Shown one piece after another: positions 1 to 8,757 of a stretch of 64,000 bases of DNA (within the stretch, counting starts at the first letter, position 1; every line of letters starts with the position of its first letter). Made by a program: the position numbers and the translations under genes. The stretch spans positions 1-64,000 of IMG/VR virus record IMGVR_UViG_3300032893_000013; one strand, 5' to 3'. A model generated the notes under the pieces. That model was not told the DNA's origin, ran no database searches, and saw nothing but the letters and a program-made list of their open reading frames with translations. Origin of the DNA: a virus.

Positions 1-371
1 AGGCCAATGCGGTCGGAATGTTGCCTTCACAAGACGTTGCGCTCCTCAAGGGAGATTTCCAACAGTTCAGAAAGGCCGCAATCGAGACTGATCCTCGCGG
101 AATCTTTGCTGGAACCGGCCCCTTCGTGGCATGTGGATTCCCTGGCGGCGACAAATCAATCTGCCTCCAGTTCATTCCACGAACCAACAACCGATTCCTC
201 ATCATTGGTGACGGATACTTGTACCAAGGAATGAGCGGCGGCCCTGTAATCGACCAAAGCACCGGCCATATCGTAGCCGTCAACAGCCAAGTAAATGACC
301 ATGGGGTTTCCGTAGGTCCAACAGTAGGGTTTCTTTCCTTAATGGGAGTCGCGGTTGAGCCAGCGAAGTGA
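1..371 (+). CDS. Trypsin-like serine protease, C-terminal part (runs off left edge)
   Basis: Frame open from window start; catalytic motif QGMSGGPV followed by G-x-IVAVNS. Confidence 0.7.
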   Translation, partial: ANAVGMLPSQDVALLKGDFQQFRKAAIETDPRGIFAGTGPFVACGFPGGDKSICLQFIPRTNNRFLIIGDGYLYQGMSGGPVIDQSTGHIVAVNSQVNDHGVSVGPTVGFLSLMGVAVEPAK

Positions 372-630
372 TGAAGAAATCAAAGCAATGGACCAGAAAT
401 GGGACTTCACTTCCCTTGGGCAGTGGACTCTGGTCGGGCGCGGCGACGTGTACACTGTGCGTTGCCCCATCAAATGCTTTGCCTTCGATTGGATCATGAA
501 TAAAGAAGTAACTATCGACGGAAAATTATTCACAGTGATCGGCGTTGAGAGATTTGCCAAAGCGGCGCCGGTAAGCAAGGGCGAACTGATCGGTCTTCTC
601 ATAAATTCGATGACTTACAATAGGAGGTAG
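355..630 (+). CDS. Hypothetical protein (start may be ATG 388)
   Basis: Fills operon between protease and 633 ORF. Confidence 0.55.
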   Translation: MSQRSDEEIKAMDQKWDFTSLGQWTLVGRGDVYTVRCPIKCFAFDWIMNKEVTIDGKLFTVIGVERFAKAAPVSKGELIGLLINSMTYNRR

Positions 631-632
631 TC

Positions 633-854
633 ATGTTTCGCTGTCAAGTCACGGGGAAATTGTCCAAACCGAGAGAAAAAAGTGTCAAGTTGGTTTCCAA
701 AACTCGCCGCCGCGATTACTACAATGGCTTGCCGGAAGGTGATCCAGACCGCAAAGTGATCGCAACGGGCTTCGAGATTGTCGAAGAGTTGACAGTCACG
801 AAGGAAACTGCGAAGCTGGTGCAAGAAGGAAAACTCGAACTAAAGAGGAAATAA
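633..854 (+). CDS. Small hypothetical phage protein
   Basis: AGGAGG RBS; TAATG coupling to next gene. Confidence 0.7.
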   Translation: MFRCQVTGKLSKPREKSVKLVSKTRRRDYYNGLPEGDPDRKVIATGFEIVEELTVTKETAKLVQEGKLELKRK

Positions 855-1129
855 TGGCACGCGGTCCAGTTGGCATGGTCGGCATTGAATCGGCTCGAAG
901 TAGTCGCTCCCATTGCAGAAAATGCAAATGTGTCATTGCAAAGGGCGCAACTCGTTTGATGATGGAGCAGGAAGGCCCGGTTTGGGCTAGACATCAGACA
1001 TCAATTTACTTCCTGTGCAAGAAATGCGGACTTCAGTTTTTGAAGGACGAGTTTAAGAACCTCGAAGGACTTATCTGGAGGATGAAAAATGGCTTCGTTC
1101 GCAGTCGAAGTTTACAAAGTCAAGGTTGA
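854..1129 (+). CDS. Stand-alone PARP-type zinc-finger-like protein
   Basis: IESARSSRSHCRKCKCVIAKGATRL...CKKC resembles zf-PARP E-x-AKS-x-RS-x-C-xx-C-xxx-I-x-KG-xx-R; third ligand is C rather than H. Confidence 0.55.
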   Translation: MARGPVGMVGIESARSSRSHCRKCKCVIAKGATRLMMEQEGPVWARHQTSIYFLCKKCGLQFLKDEFKNLEGLIWRMKNGFVRSRSLQSQG

Positions 1130-2198
1130 GCCTCACCACAACGCGGACGCTCTTGAGCTTGCCGTGATTGGTGACTATCGTTCGATCATCCGTAAAGGCC
1201 AGTTCAAAGACGGCGATCTTGTTGCCTATATCCCTGAGCAATCCATCGTTCCAGACGATCTTTTGACAGAAATGGGTTTGACCGGCAGGCTTGCTGGCCC
1301 AAATAAGAATCGAGTCAAGGCAATCAAGCTGCGCGGCGTCGTTTCGCAAGGATTGGTATATCCGGCCAAGGCTGAGTGGACTGAGGGCCAGAACGTGACT
1401 GAGGATCTTCGCATTCAGAAGTACGAGCCGCCGATTCCCGCTCAATTCCGTGGCGAACAGGCTTCGTCGCCAATCGCTCTCAAGTACGACTTCGACAACA
1501 TCAAAAAGTATCCGAACGTGATCCAGGACGGCGAAGAAGTTGTGATGACTGAAAAGATTCACGGAACTTTTTTCACAATTGGCATCACAACCGAAGTCGA
1601 TCTGAAATCTCTTGATGGATTGACTGACGGTTACTTCATCGTTTCAAGCAAAGGGCTGATTTCCAAGGGAATCTACATCAAAGACAACGAAGCGAACGCT
1701 AACAATACCTACATCCGCGCCGCCAAACAGTTTCAGCTTGGCACAAAGCTCATGGACATCATTTATTTCTTGATCCGCGAAGGGCATTTGCCGCCCGAAA
1801 CGAAGGGTAATGCGTGGCTCATGGGAGAAGTTTATGGACGAAGCGTCCAGAAGAACAATGGAATCGAAGGCTATGGAATGTCTGAAGGAACACTTGGGTT
1901 CAGAGCCTTTGACATTCAAATTGATGGATCGTTCGTGGACTACGATGCTTTTAAGGCCGCGTGCGATCACGTCGGAATTGATACCGTTCCGCTTCTCTAC
2001 CGAGGTCCGTTCAGCAAAGAGACGCTACAAAAATACACTTCCGGTACTGAAACTGTGTCCGGTAATTCGCTTCATATCCGTGAAGGAACCGTTGTCAAGC
2101 CGGTGAAAGAGCGAACCGAACATCGAGTCGGTCGCGTGATCTTCAAATCCGTGTCAGACGAATACCTGATGAAATCTGATGGTGAGGAGGCTCAATGA
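1089..2198 (+). CDS. RNA ligase, DRB0094/Rnl2-like family with N-terminal OB (tRNA-binding-like) domain
   Basis: H-x-NADAL, GDLVAYIPEQS, IKLRGVVSQGL; motifs TEKIHGT, GEVYG, FRAFDI, REGTVVK, IFKSVSDEYL. Confidence 0.9.
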   Translation: MASFAVEVYKVKVEPHHNADALELAVIGDYRSIIRKGQFKDGDLVAYIPEQSIVPDDLLTEMGLTGRLAGPNKNRVKAIKLRGVVSQGLVYPAKAEWTEGQNVTEDLRIQKYEPPIPAQFRGEQASSPIALKYDFDNIKKYPNVIQDGEEVVMTEKIHGTFFTIGITTEVDLKSLDGLTDGYFIVSSKGLISKGIYIKDNEANANNTYIRAAKQFQLGTKLMDIIYFLIREGHLPPETKGNAWLMGEVYGRSVQKNNGIEGYGMSEGTLGFRAFDIQIDGSFVDYDAFKAACDHVGIDTVPLLYRGPFSKETLQKYTSGTETVSGNSLHIREGTVVKPVKERTEHRVGRVIFKSVSDEYLMKSDGEEAQ

Positions 2199-2551
2199 TC
2201 TACCTTGTGATTTATCCCAACAAATACGTTGCCGCAGTCGTGAAAGATTTGCCTGATCTTGTTGGATTTCTGAACAAGGTCCCGGCTGAGATTCTTTCTC
2301 AGCTTAGAATCGAGCCGACGCATTGCAAAGAATACCCGATGCACATTCTCGAATCACGAATCAATGACAGAATTTGGTTCATCGCAGAACCGGATAAAAC
2401 CGGACTGAAGAGAATGACGCATACCGTGGCCGCCTGCGATGGCGAACCACTGATTACCTACGACATAAAAGAAAATTTCTTTGGAGAACCTGGCAAGGAA
2501 GGCCAAGACTTCATGGGATTGCTTTCTCACACCCACTTAACCGAGGATTAA
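2195..2551 (+). CDS. Hypothetical protein
   Basis: ATGA overlap with ligase; GAGGAGG RBS. Confidence 0.7.
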   Translation: MIYLVIYPNKYVAAVVKDLPDLVGFLNKVPAEILSQLRIEPTHCKEYPMHILESRINDRIWFIAEPDKTGLKRMTHTVAACDGEPLITYDIKENFFGEPGKEGQDFMGLLSHTHLTED

Positions 2552-2552
2552 A

Positions 2553-3545
2553 ATGAGCGACGCAGACGAATTTCTGTCGGAAGCCGACAAGTACAAGCCG
2601 AGTAGCAAAAAAGACCGCAAGCCGGAATCGCCCGAAAAAACCGAAGAAAGCGTGATCGGCAACAGCGACGAAGAGCCGCTTGGTAAGTTGGTTCAATACG
2701 CTTACAACGGCGAAGGGTATAGTCCGACTTCCGGAACCGTCAAAAGGATTCCTCCCGGCGTCTACTCTACCGAAAACGTCAACCATCGCTTGACTTTCAT
2801 TCCGCGCCGCGTGAACACAGACCGACTGATTCGCCTTCCTGACTCTAAGTCAGATGCGGTAATCAAGCGCATTCAGAATTTCTGGGAACTTGAGCCTGAA
2901 TATCGCAACGGAAACGATGACATCGTTGGCGGATACTTGCACAAAATGGGCATCATGCTCTTCGGCCCTCCTGGATCTGGAAAAACTTGCACGGTGAAGT
3001 TCATCATGCAGGACATCATTGAGCGTGGCGGCATCGTTCTTCTCGCTGACGGCCATCCCGGTACTCTGTCAGAAGGACTGACTTCTTTCCGTCAAATTGA
3101 GCCTGAAAAGCCAGTCGTTGTGGTCTTTGAAGACTTCGACGAATTGATTCAAAAATATTCGGAGTCGATGTATCTGTCGATCCTAGATGGTGAGGCTTCC
3201 ATCAATCGTTCGCTGTTCATCGCAACGACAAACTACCCGTCGCGCTTCGATCCACGGATGTACAACCGTCCTGGCCGCTTCTGCGATGTCATCAAGATCG
3301 GTATGCCCAGCCCCGAAGCGCGCAAAATGTATCTGGACAGCCAGATCAAGCGCAAAGAAATCATCGACGATATTGTGGCAAAAACTCAGGGATTCTCACT
3401 CGACCACTTGAAAGCTCTCATCCAAGGCGTCTACCTTGAGCGCAACGATCTTGACAAAGAGATCAACCGCCTGCGCACGCTCTTCAGGCCGCCGAAAGAT
3501 GACCAAGGCGTCGATAAACCTGCAATGGGCATTGCTTCGGAGTAA
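2553..3545 (+). CDS. AAA+ ATPase
   Basis: Walker A GPPGSGKT, Walker B VVVFEDFD, second region of homology ATTNYP...RPGRF. Confidence 0.9.
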   Translation: MSDADEFLSEADKYKPSSKKDRKPESPEKTEESVIGNSDEEPLGKLVQYAYNGEGYSPTSGTVKRIPPGVYSTENVNHRLTFIPRRVNTDRLIRLPDSKSDAVIKRIQNFWELEPEYRNGNDDIVGGYLHKMGIMLFGPPGSGKTCTVKFIMQDIIERGGIVLLADGHPGTLSEGLTSFRQIEPEKPVVVVFEDFDELIQKYSESMYLSILDGEASINRSLFIATTNYPSRFDPRMYNRPGRFCDVIKIGMPSPEARKMYLDSQIKRKEIIDDIVAKTQGFSLDHLKALIQGVYLERNDLDKEINRLRTLFRPPKDDQGVDKPAMGIASE

Positions 3546-3547
3546 TT

Positions 3548-3928
3548 ATGATTCAACTTGATGAAGATTGCGGACGCGAATCTGAGAACAGCAAGCCAAG
3601 CCTTTTCGTTCACAAGAAAACTGGCGGCATCTACCGGCGTGTAGGTGCCTGCATCTTCAAGGGAACGGACGAGTATGCCATTCTATATCGCAAGTGGGAT
3701 GACTTTGGGAACAGTGCAGAATCCCTGTATTGCCGGGCATACAAAGATTTCAACGAACATTTCGATAAATTCGATTACGATAAAATTGGAATCATGTACA
3801 CCGAAGAGCAGGCTATGAAGAAGCTCCTTGGTGATGAGCAATTCCACAAAGAAAAATTGCGCCACATTCAAGAAGAGCGCAAGCACTTTAAGGGATCTGT
3901 AGGAAGTCGTTTCAAGCGAGAAACTTAG
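3548..3928 (+). CDS. Hypothetical protein with DUF1653-like (SH3-like) motif
   Basis: H-K-K-T-GG-I-Y...ILYR...LYCR-x-xx-DF-x-E-x-F pattern. Confidence 0.5.
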   Translation: MIQLDEDCGRESENSKPSLFVHKKTGGIYRRVGACIFKGTDEYAILYRKWDDFGNSAESLYCRAYKDFNEHFDKFDYDKIGIMYTEEQAMKKLLGDEQFHKEKLRHIQEERKHFKGSVGSRFKRET

Positions 3929-4107
3929 CGGTTCTTACCGTGCTTCCATGGCTTGCACATGAAGCATCCGCACCCAAAGTTCTTCTTTTTCATCATACCT
4001 ATATGGCGCTGGTCCAGTTTGGTCCAGCCCAAATTATTCCACAGCTTCACGCGCTTTTCCTGCACTCTTTTAGTTTCGGCTCTTCGCCAAGCTCTATCGC
4101 GTTTCAT
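3925..4107 (-). CDS. Small basic Cys-rich phage protein
   Basis: RAWRR...CGCFMCKP; overlaps endonuclease stop. Confidence 0.65.
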   Translation of the reverse strand: MKRDRAWRRAETKRVQEKRVKLWNNLGWTKLDQRHIGMMKKKNFGCGCFMCKPWKHGKNR

Positions 4108-4546
4108 TGATGTATTCTATTGCCTTTTTCATGATTTCAGGATCTTCCTTGAACTGTCCGATTCCTGTGTTGCAGGTTGAGCATAAAAGTCCACGAATTT
4201 TTCCAGTTTCGTGACAATGATCGACGTGCAAAACCCTATCTTGCGGCTTTTCGCAAATCTTACAACATCCATTTTGAGCTTTCACCATCTCGTCAAACTG
4301 CTCAGGAGTGATGCCGTATTTGACTTTCAAATTCCAATCCCTCATGATTTTAAGCCTTCTGCTTCTGTTGGCTTTAACCCATTCTTTTTGCTGAACTGAA
4401 ACTTTGGTCGGATCTTTCAAATATCGAGCGTTGCGCTCCGCTCGAAGACAAATTTTGCATACTGGACGAATGCCATCTTTGTAACCGCGTCCGGTGTAAA
4501 AATCGGAAAGTTCTCTTTCATTGTCGCATTTATTGCACTTTTTCAT
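4094..4546 (-). CDS. Endonuclease VII-type (HNH) nuclease, probably free-standing homing endonuclease
   Basis: N-terminal CxxC..CxxC; KYGIT..Q-x-GCCKIC; LHVDHCHETGKIRGLLCSTCNTGIG; TAATG overlap at 4546. Confidence 0.9.
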   Translation of the reverse strand: MKKCNKCDNERELSDFYTGRGYKDGIRPVCKICLRAERNARYLKDPTKVSVQQKEWVKANRSRRLKIMRDWNLKVKYGITPEQFDEMVKAQNGCCKICEKPQDRVLHVDHCHETGKIRGLLCSTCNTGIGQFKEDPEIMKKAIEYINETR

Positions 4547-5208
4547 TAACAACAATCCCAACTCGAAGTAAACATTGATTTATTCGAGTATATCTTATCG
4601 TATTGACCTTTTTGGATCAAGTCTCTTTCCCAGCGACGGCGGTAACGAGCATCTGTGAGTCGGCATTTGCAGAAACATCCATGACGTTTGGAATTGTCGC
4701 GACTAAATCCTTTGCGATCACGCCAGTCTTTTTTGGCGACGGCGGGATTGACTTGGTATTGGTCGCTGACAGGCTCGACTTTTTTCTTGGGATTGGCCGA
4801 CATTTTGGCCGGTCCTTGGCGGTAGTAAACGCCAGTGCGGTCGGCCCAGCGATCCCACTTGTGATAGCGTTTGCGACGGCTATAGACGCGGCGATTGTGT
4901 TCGACGGCGAAATGGTCATAGGACCAGCGGCGGATGGCCGGATGGTTGTAAATGTGATCTTGGAATTCGTAGAAGTGGAAAGGAATGGCGTACAGGCCGC
5001 GCAAGCGGTCATACTCGTGCTGGATCAAGCCTTTGAAGTGCTTGTGGTCGAACCGTTCGCGGTCGATTTCCTTTTTCCAGTACAGATTGTATTCTTTATA
5101 TTGGATGATTTTGTGCTGAGCGACGATGCGCTCTCGGGCTTCGTGAATGATGCACGAATCCAGTTGGCGAGACTCTGAATACTCGCAGGTAGGCGTAGGC
5201 TTTTTCAT
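4546..5208 (-). CDS. Basic Arg/Tyr/His-rich hypothetical protein
   Basis: AAGGAG RBS; 220 aa; coupled to endonuclease. Confidence 0.75.
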   Translation of the reverse strand: MKKPTPTCEYSESRQLDSCIIHEARERIVAQHKIIQYKEYNLYWKKEIDRERFDHKHFKGLIQHEYDRLRGLYAIPFHFYEFQDHIYNHPAIRRWSYDHFAVEHNRRVYSRRKRYHKWDRWADRTGVYYRQGPAKMSANPKKKVEPVSDQYQVNPAVAKKDWRDRKGFSRDNSKRHGCFCKCRLTDARYRRRWERDLIQKGQYDKIYSNKSMFTSSWDCC

Positions 5209-5262
5209 GACAATTATCTCCTTGTGGGCTTCACATTCGACTAATTGTCATAATTGCTCCTT
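5206..5262 (-). promoter_or_regulatory. Leader uORF (MTISRM*, 5251-5231) plus 10-bp hairpin sequestering the 5208 start codon
   Basis: Perfect inverted repeat ATGACAATTA 5207-5216 / TAATTGTCAT 5242-5251; AAGGAG before both ATGs. Confidence 0.6.
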
Positions 5263-5377
5263 GTTGGCAGGTGATTGGCCCAGTTGCCTCTGGGTTCGGA
5301 ACGCGATTATAGTGGCTCCGCTGCGACTCCACTTTGATAGATCAATCTATCATTTTTGGTAGCTTCATCTATCAAAT

Positions 5378-5402
5378 TTAAGATTTCGGTCTAAGTACCT
5401 GA
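5378..5402 (-). promoter_or_regulatory. Late-promoter-like motif copy
   Basis: TCA-ggtac-TTA-gaccg-AAATCTTAA. Confidence 0.65.
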
Positions 5403-5404
5403 AA

Positions 5405-5888
5405 TTTGGGACGTTTCCCCATACCCTCAAGCCCCGTTACAGAAAAGTCTAGGCTATCTACTCTTTGGGGTTCACGCTTTTCTACTGCCCGTCCCGAGCA
5501 GTCGTGTCTACGGCCAGTATTTCTGATTCCTCAGTGCTTTGCCGTAAATGGCCAGCTTCCCACTGTTTATCCGACAGGTGCTTTGCCTTTTCAAAACCAA
5601 AATAAACCGGACGCAACTCCGGAGTGTATGTCTTTCGGGAGGGCAGCTACCCCTTCCGTCTTCTGAGGGCATTATCACATCTGTCCCTCTAGGCAGTTTC
5701 CCCGATGTGTCGAGGCTCACTCAGACTGCCGAACTGCCAACCTAGTCCTACGCCCGAGGCGCTCGACTGCTTGTTGGTAACGGAAACAACTATGGGTATT
5801 CCCGACTTTTTAATGTGCTTCTCGACCGCACTGCCCATAGGATTTGTGGCCAGTCCGCAGTTTCCCGCAGTAGCACCACGCAAATCAG
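5405..5888 (-). ncRNA. Large structured ncRNA candidate, unclassified
   Basis: ~480 nt without a credible ORF in a gene-dense genome; more than 10 stems incl. G-U pairs, GNRA loops, one long-range 8-bp helix. Confidence 0.6.
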
Positions 5889-5892
5889 AATC

Positions 5893-6228
5893 TTACTTTT
5901 TCGGAGCTTTGTCAATCTCCGTTTTAGGATTTTCGTCGCCTTTCGCTTCTTGCTCAATCTTCGTGCGCTGAATTGCCTTACATTCGTCAATCTGATCTTG
6001 AAGATTTTTCACTTCGCGCTTGCAGACTTCCAAAAATTCCTCACAGGTGATGCGAAGGATTTCAACATCGGTATCAGTGCCGGTGAATTTGATGGCTTCT
6101 TTGATCTGATCGACAAGAGTCCGGCGCTTGTCTTTGTTGTCGCTCATTTCAAGTTCAAAAATGTCTTCTTGGGATGGCTCCGGAGAACCATCCGCCTCTT
6201 TCATGAATTCATCAAAATCATCACTCAC
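5893..6228 (-). CDS. Acidic hypothetical protein
   Basis: Overlaps upstream gene; GGAG RBS. Confidence 0.7.
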   Translation of the reverse strand: MSDDFDEFMKEADGSPEPSQEDIFELEMSDNKDKRRTLVDQIKEAIKFTGTDTDVEILRITCEEFLEVCKREVKNLQDQIDECKAIQRTKIEQEAKGDENPKTEIDKAPKK

Positions 6229-6874
6229 AATTCTTCTCCACGAAGTTCACGAGCTTCTGATATGAAAGCGCCGGATCGCCATGCTTGAGTTTCCTATCGG
6301 CTTCTTCCTGAATCGCTTTCGTGTGATAAACGATGCTGTCGTGATGAGCTTTGATCGTGGCGAGCTTCCATTGTTCTGGGTTTTGATCCAAAATAGCCGG
6401 TCGATACGGCTCATGTCCATAATCGAAATCGTAAGCTGAAGTCAACTGTTCCACGGCAAATTTCAACGAATTGACGATCAATTCTTCTTCGTTCTGATTG
6501 ACGGCCTTATTGTAAAGAGCAGTTACCTTAGCCATAGACTGAGCGTGAGCGGCTTTCTTTTCTCTATGTTCCTGAACACGCTTTGAGTAGTCATTGCTCT
6601 CTGACTGCAATTTTTCATAAAACGCTTTTTCCCAATCCATCGGCGTCCGGTTCATGGCATCCGCAAGCTCCTTTGTCTCTTCTTTCAGGCGACGTTCGTG
6701 ATACGACTCTTCTTTGCGAAGTTTTTTTAAGCTGTCCATTATTTGCTGTTGAGTCATTTTGCCATCATCGCGCAAGTGCATACAAATTCCAAAGGCGCGG
6801 GCAACGCTTTCTTTAAGCCAGCGTTTCACGTCGTACTTCATTCCCTCAAGTTCAGCGGTATATCCTGTTGGCAT
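6221..6874 (-). CDS. Conserved-type phage protein (MPTGYTA...ARAFG family)
   Basis: Characteristic N-terminus, helical coiled-coil body, AGGAGG RBS. Confidence 0.75.
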   Translation of the reverse strand: MPTGYTAELEGMKYDVKRWLKESVARAFGICMHLRDDGKMTQQQIMDSLKKLRKEESYHERRLKEETKELADAMNRTPMDWEKAFYEKLQSESNDYSKRVQEHREKKAAHAQSMAKVTALYNKAVNQNEEELIVNSLKFAVEQLTSAYDFDYGHEPYRPAILDQNPEQWKLATIKAHHDSIVYHTKAIQEEADRKLKHGDPALSYQKLVNFVEKNCE

Positions 6875-6886
6875 AAAATCCTCCTG

Positions 6887-7510
6887 TTACCCCATTATGC
6901 CAGGAAATTTGCGTTCACTCAATTCAAGTGAAGACCTTTCGTGGTACGTCTTCCCAAGGAGCTTTTTTTCGTCCAAAAGCGCCACAAGGTATCTGAACGG
7001 ATGAGGGTGTCTCGATTCGAGAAGGTCGGGGTACAAAATGTGGCCAATCACGATGGCGTCTCGTTTTGATACGTCATCAACGACTGCCGTTCCAACTCCA
7101 TACTTGATTTCGTACTGCTTTTCAAGAGCCGATGCGAGATCGTTGGTCCGAAGCTCTGCGCGATACTCTTTGCCGCAATATTTCATCCACGTTCGCTTGT
7201 CCATTTCGGCGGGCAAGAACGAAGTCGAATATTTGTCCTTGTGCATTTTTTTCTTGTCTTTGACTAGCGGACCTTCGTAAGCGACAGTGCCATCGGGATT
7301 GAAAATTTTGATGTCGTAGATGCACATTCTCTGGCCAAACCAAATCGACCATTCGAGAGACTTGTACATGAAGCGTTCGCCCGGCTTGCTGTAGTGCGGG
7401 CCTTCATGTAGGCCGCGATCATCGTGAAAGATGGTGCCCATCTGTTCCATGCCGGTTTCAAAGTAGAATTCCAGATTCCCTTTGTAACTATGCAAGTGCT
7501 CAGACTTCAC
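6887..7510 (-). CDS. Hypothetical protein
   Basis: 207-aa ORF tightly packed in operon. Confidence 0.7.
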   Translation of the reverse strand: MKSEHLHSYKGNLEFYFETGMEQMGTIFHDDRGLHEGPHYSKPGERFMYKSLEWSIWFGQRMCIYDIKIFNPDGTVAYEGPLVKDKKKMHKDKYSTSFLPAEMDKRTWMKYCGKEYRAELRTNDLASALEKQYEIKYGVGTAVVDDVSKRDAIVIGHILYPDLLESRHPHPFRYLVALLDEKKLLGKTYHERSSLELSERKFPGIMG

Positions 7511-7955
7511 ACACGATCCATTCTACTCCGTATTGCTCGACCAAAGGCTTCAGTATGGCTTCCGTTTCTTCCCACGGAATTTTGAACAAGCCGGAGTTGA
7601 ACTTGTTCGAGTAAATAGGATAGCCCTTATGGGCCGAAATCTCAAGTAGAAGCCGGATCGAGCTTGCCGTGTTCTCAAGAATCTTCGATTTGGGATCTTT
7701 AGACTTTCCATAGCCGTTCGACGTGAAGAGACACGCGACGAAATGGTTATTTTCCAGATCGGTCAGTATAGCGCCGCCCGCATTTTCACCATTGGCCTCG
7801 AAACATGACTTTTTGTAAGTTTCGTGCGCCTTTGGGAATCGTTTTTTGAATTCAGTGGCGATGCCCGCTTCCCACGATCCACGGCAGTTACATGCGTGTG
7901 CGAGAATAGACAACTCCGGCGCGTCGAAGATCGACATTTTCTTGTGGTGCAGCAT
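7500..7955 (-). CDS. Macrodomain, Poa1p/TARG-like ADP-ribose processing enzyme
   Basis: SIFDAP..LAHACNCRGSW-x-AGIA-x-EFKKRFP; ACLFTS-x-GYG; KFNSGLF-x-IPWE. Confidence 0.85.
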   Translation of the reverse strand: MLHHKKMSIFDAPELSILAHACNCRGSWEAGIATEFKKRFPKAHETYKKSCFEANGENAGGAILTDLENNHFVACLFTSNGYGKSKDPKSKILENTASSIRLLLEISAHKGYPIYSNKFNSGLFKIPWEETEAILKPLVEQYGVEWIVCEV

Positions 7956-7961
7956 GATGCC

Positions 7962-8318
7962 TCACTTATTTCGTAGTTCTTTGATAAGCTCTTCGTACAT
8001 GCCAGTTTCAGTGGCACACAGCAACTGCTCTTCATGCGTGAATCGAAGAGCGGCGTTGCGTAGGTTCAGGAGTTCTTTTTCAGAAAGTTCAGGAGCGAAT
8101 AGCCCGAGTCTACGGACAACAGCCCGGCGCGCCTGTTCAACAATATACGCCTTGCTCTGGCTTGGGTATGGATAAGCTGGACGGCGCTGTTCAAGAGATT
8201 CGTGTAAACGATCAATGGATTCAAGGTACGCATAATACGCGCAATAAAGGCCAAGATGTTTTTTCTCGTGATCCGGCATCTTTGGAAAGTTGCCAACATA
8301 TTGATCCTCATAGGCCAT
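7962..8318 (-). CDS. Hypothetical protein
   Basis: GGAGG RBS; first gene after sigma70-like promoter. Confidence 0.7.
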   Translation of the reverse strand: MAYEDQYVGNFPKMPDHEKKHLGLYCAYYAYLESIDRLHESLEQRRPAYPYPSQSKAYIVEQARRAVVRRLGLFAPELSEKELLNLRNAALRFTHEEQLLCATETGMYEELIKELRNK

Positions 8319-8389
8319 TCAATCCTCCAGAAAAAGAAAAAGGAAGTCATCTTCAGACGGACTTGCACCGCTCCCTTGCGCGCAATCTC

Positions 8390-8462
8390 AAATTAACACG
8401 GTCCATGTCCGCCGTCAAGCGGTTTGGAAGTATTTGCAATCTCCCCTGATTCTCGCTATGAT
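8390..8462. promoter_or_regulatory. Divergent sigma70-like promoters
   Basis: Minus: TTGACG-N17-TAATTT (8418-8390); plus: TTGCAA-N17-TATGAT (8434-8462). Confidence 0.6.
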
Positions 8463-8482
8463 ACAGGTCAAAGGAGGTCCAC

Positions 8483-8728
8483 ATGACCGAACAAACACAG
8501 TCGCCTTTTCCGACACTTGCAGAAGTAGAAGAGGCCCACATTCGTAAAGCTCTGACGCTAACCAACGGCAGCAAAGCCAAAGCCGCCCAACTGCTTGGAG
8601 TAACGACGAAAACCGTCTACAACAAGCTGAATCAGTACGCAAAACGTACTTCTTTGGATACGCAACTGGCCAATTTCGCCAAAGAAAATGCGGACGCCAA
8701 AAAAGAAAACGCTCAGACGTTAGCCTGA
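8483..8728 (+). CDS. Stand-alone Fis/NtrC-type HTH_8 DNA-binding protein
   Basis: PTLAEVEEAHIRKALTLTNGSKAKAAQLLGVTTKTVYNKLNQY; AAGGAGG RBS. Confidence 0.9.
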   Translation: MTEQTQSPFPTLAEVEEAHIRKALTLTNGSKAKAAQLLGVTTKTVYNKLNQYAKRTSLDTQLANFAKENADAKKENAQTLA

Positions 8729-8733
8729 GCGTC
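8700..8733 (-). terminator. Intrinsic terminator after tail tube gene
   Basis: GACGCTCAG-loop-CTGAGCGTT followed by TTCTTTT. Confidence 0.75.
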
Positions 8734-8757
8734 GTATTCTCAAATTTTTGGATTAAA

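Noticed and set aside
4094-4546. Endonuclease VII as an RNA-guided nuclease partner of the ncRNA
   Set aside because: No RuvC/IscB features; it is separated from the RNA by a promoter motif and another gene, so the link is unsupported
5405-5888. Group I/II intron, RNase P or tmRNA identity for the structured region; also its short ORFs
   Set aside because: CUGCGGGAAAC and GUGCG look intron-like, but no interrupted gene, P7 or domain V is evident; RNase P and tmRNA signatures are absent; the ORFs lack RBS and protein-like composition
8345-8385. GGTGCAAGTCC T-loop-like hairpin (tRNA or cobalamin riboswitch)
   Set aside because: No cloverleaf or remaining riboswitch core; too short
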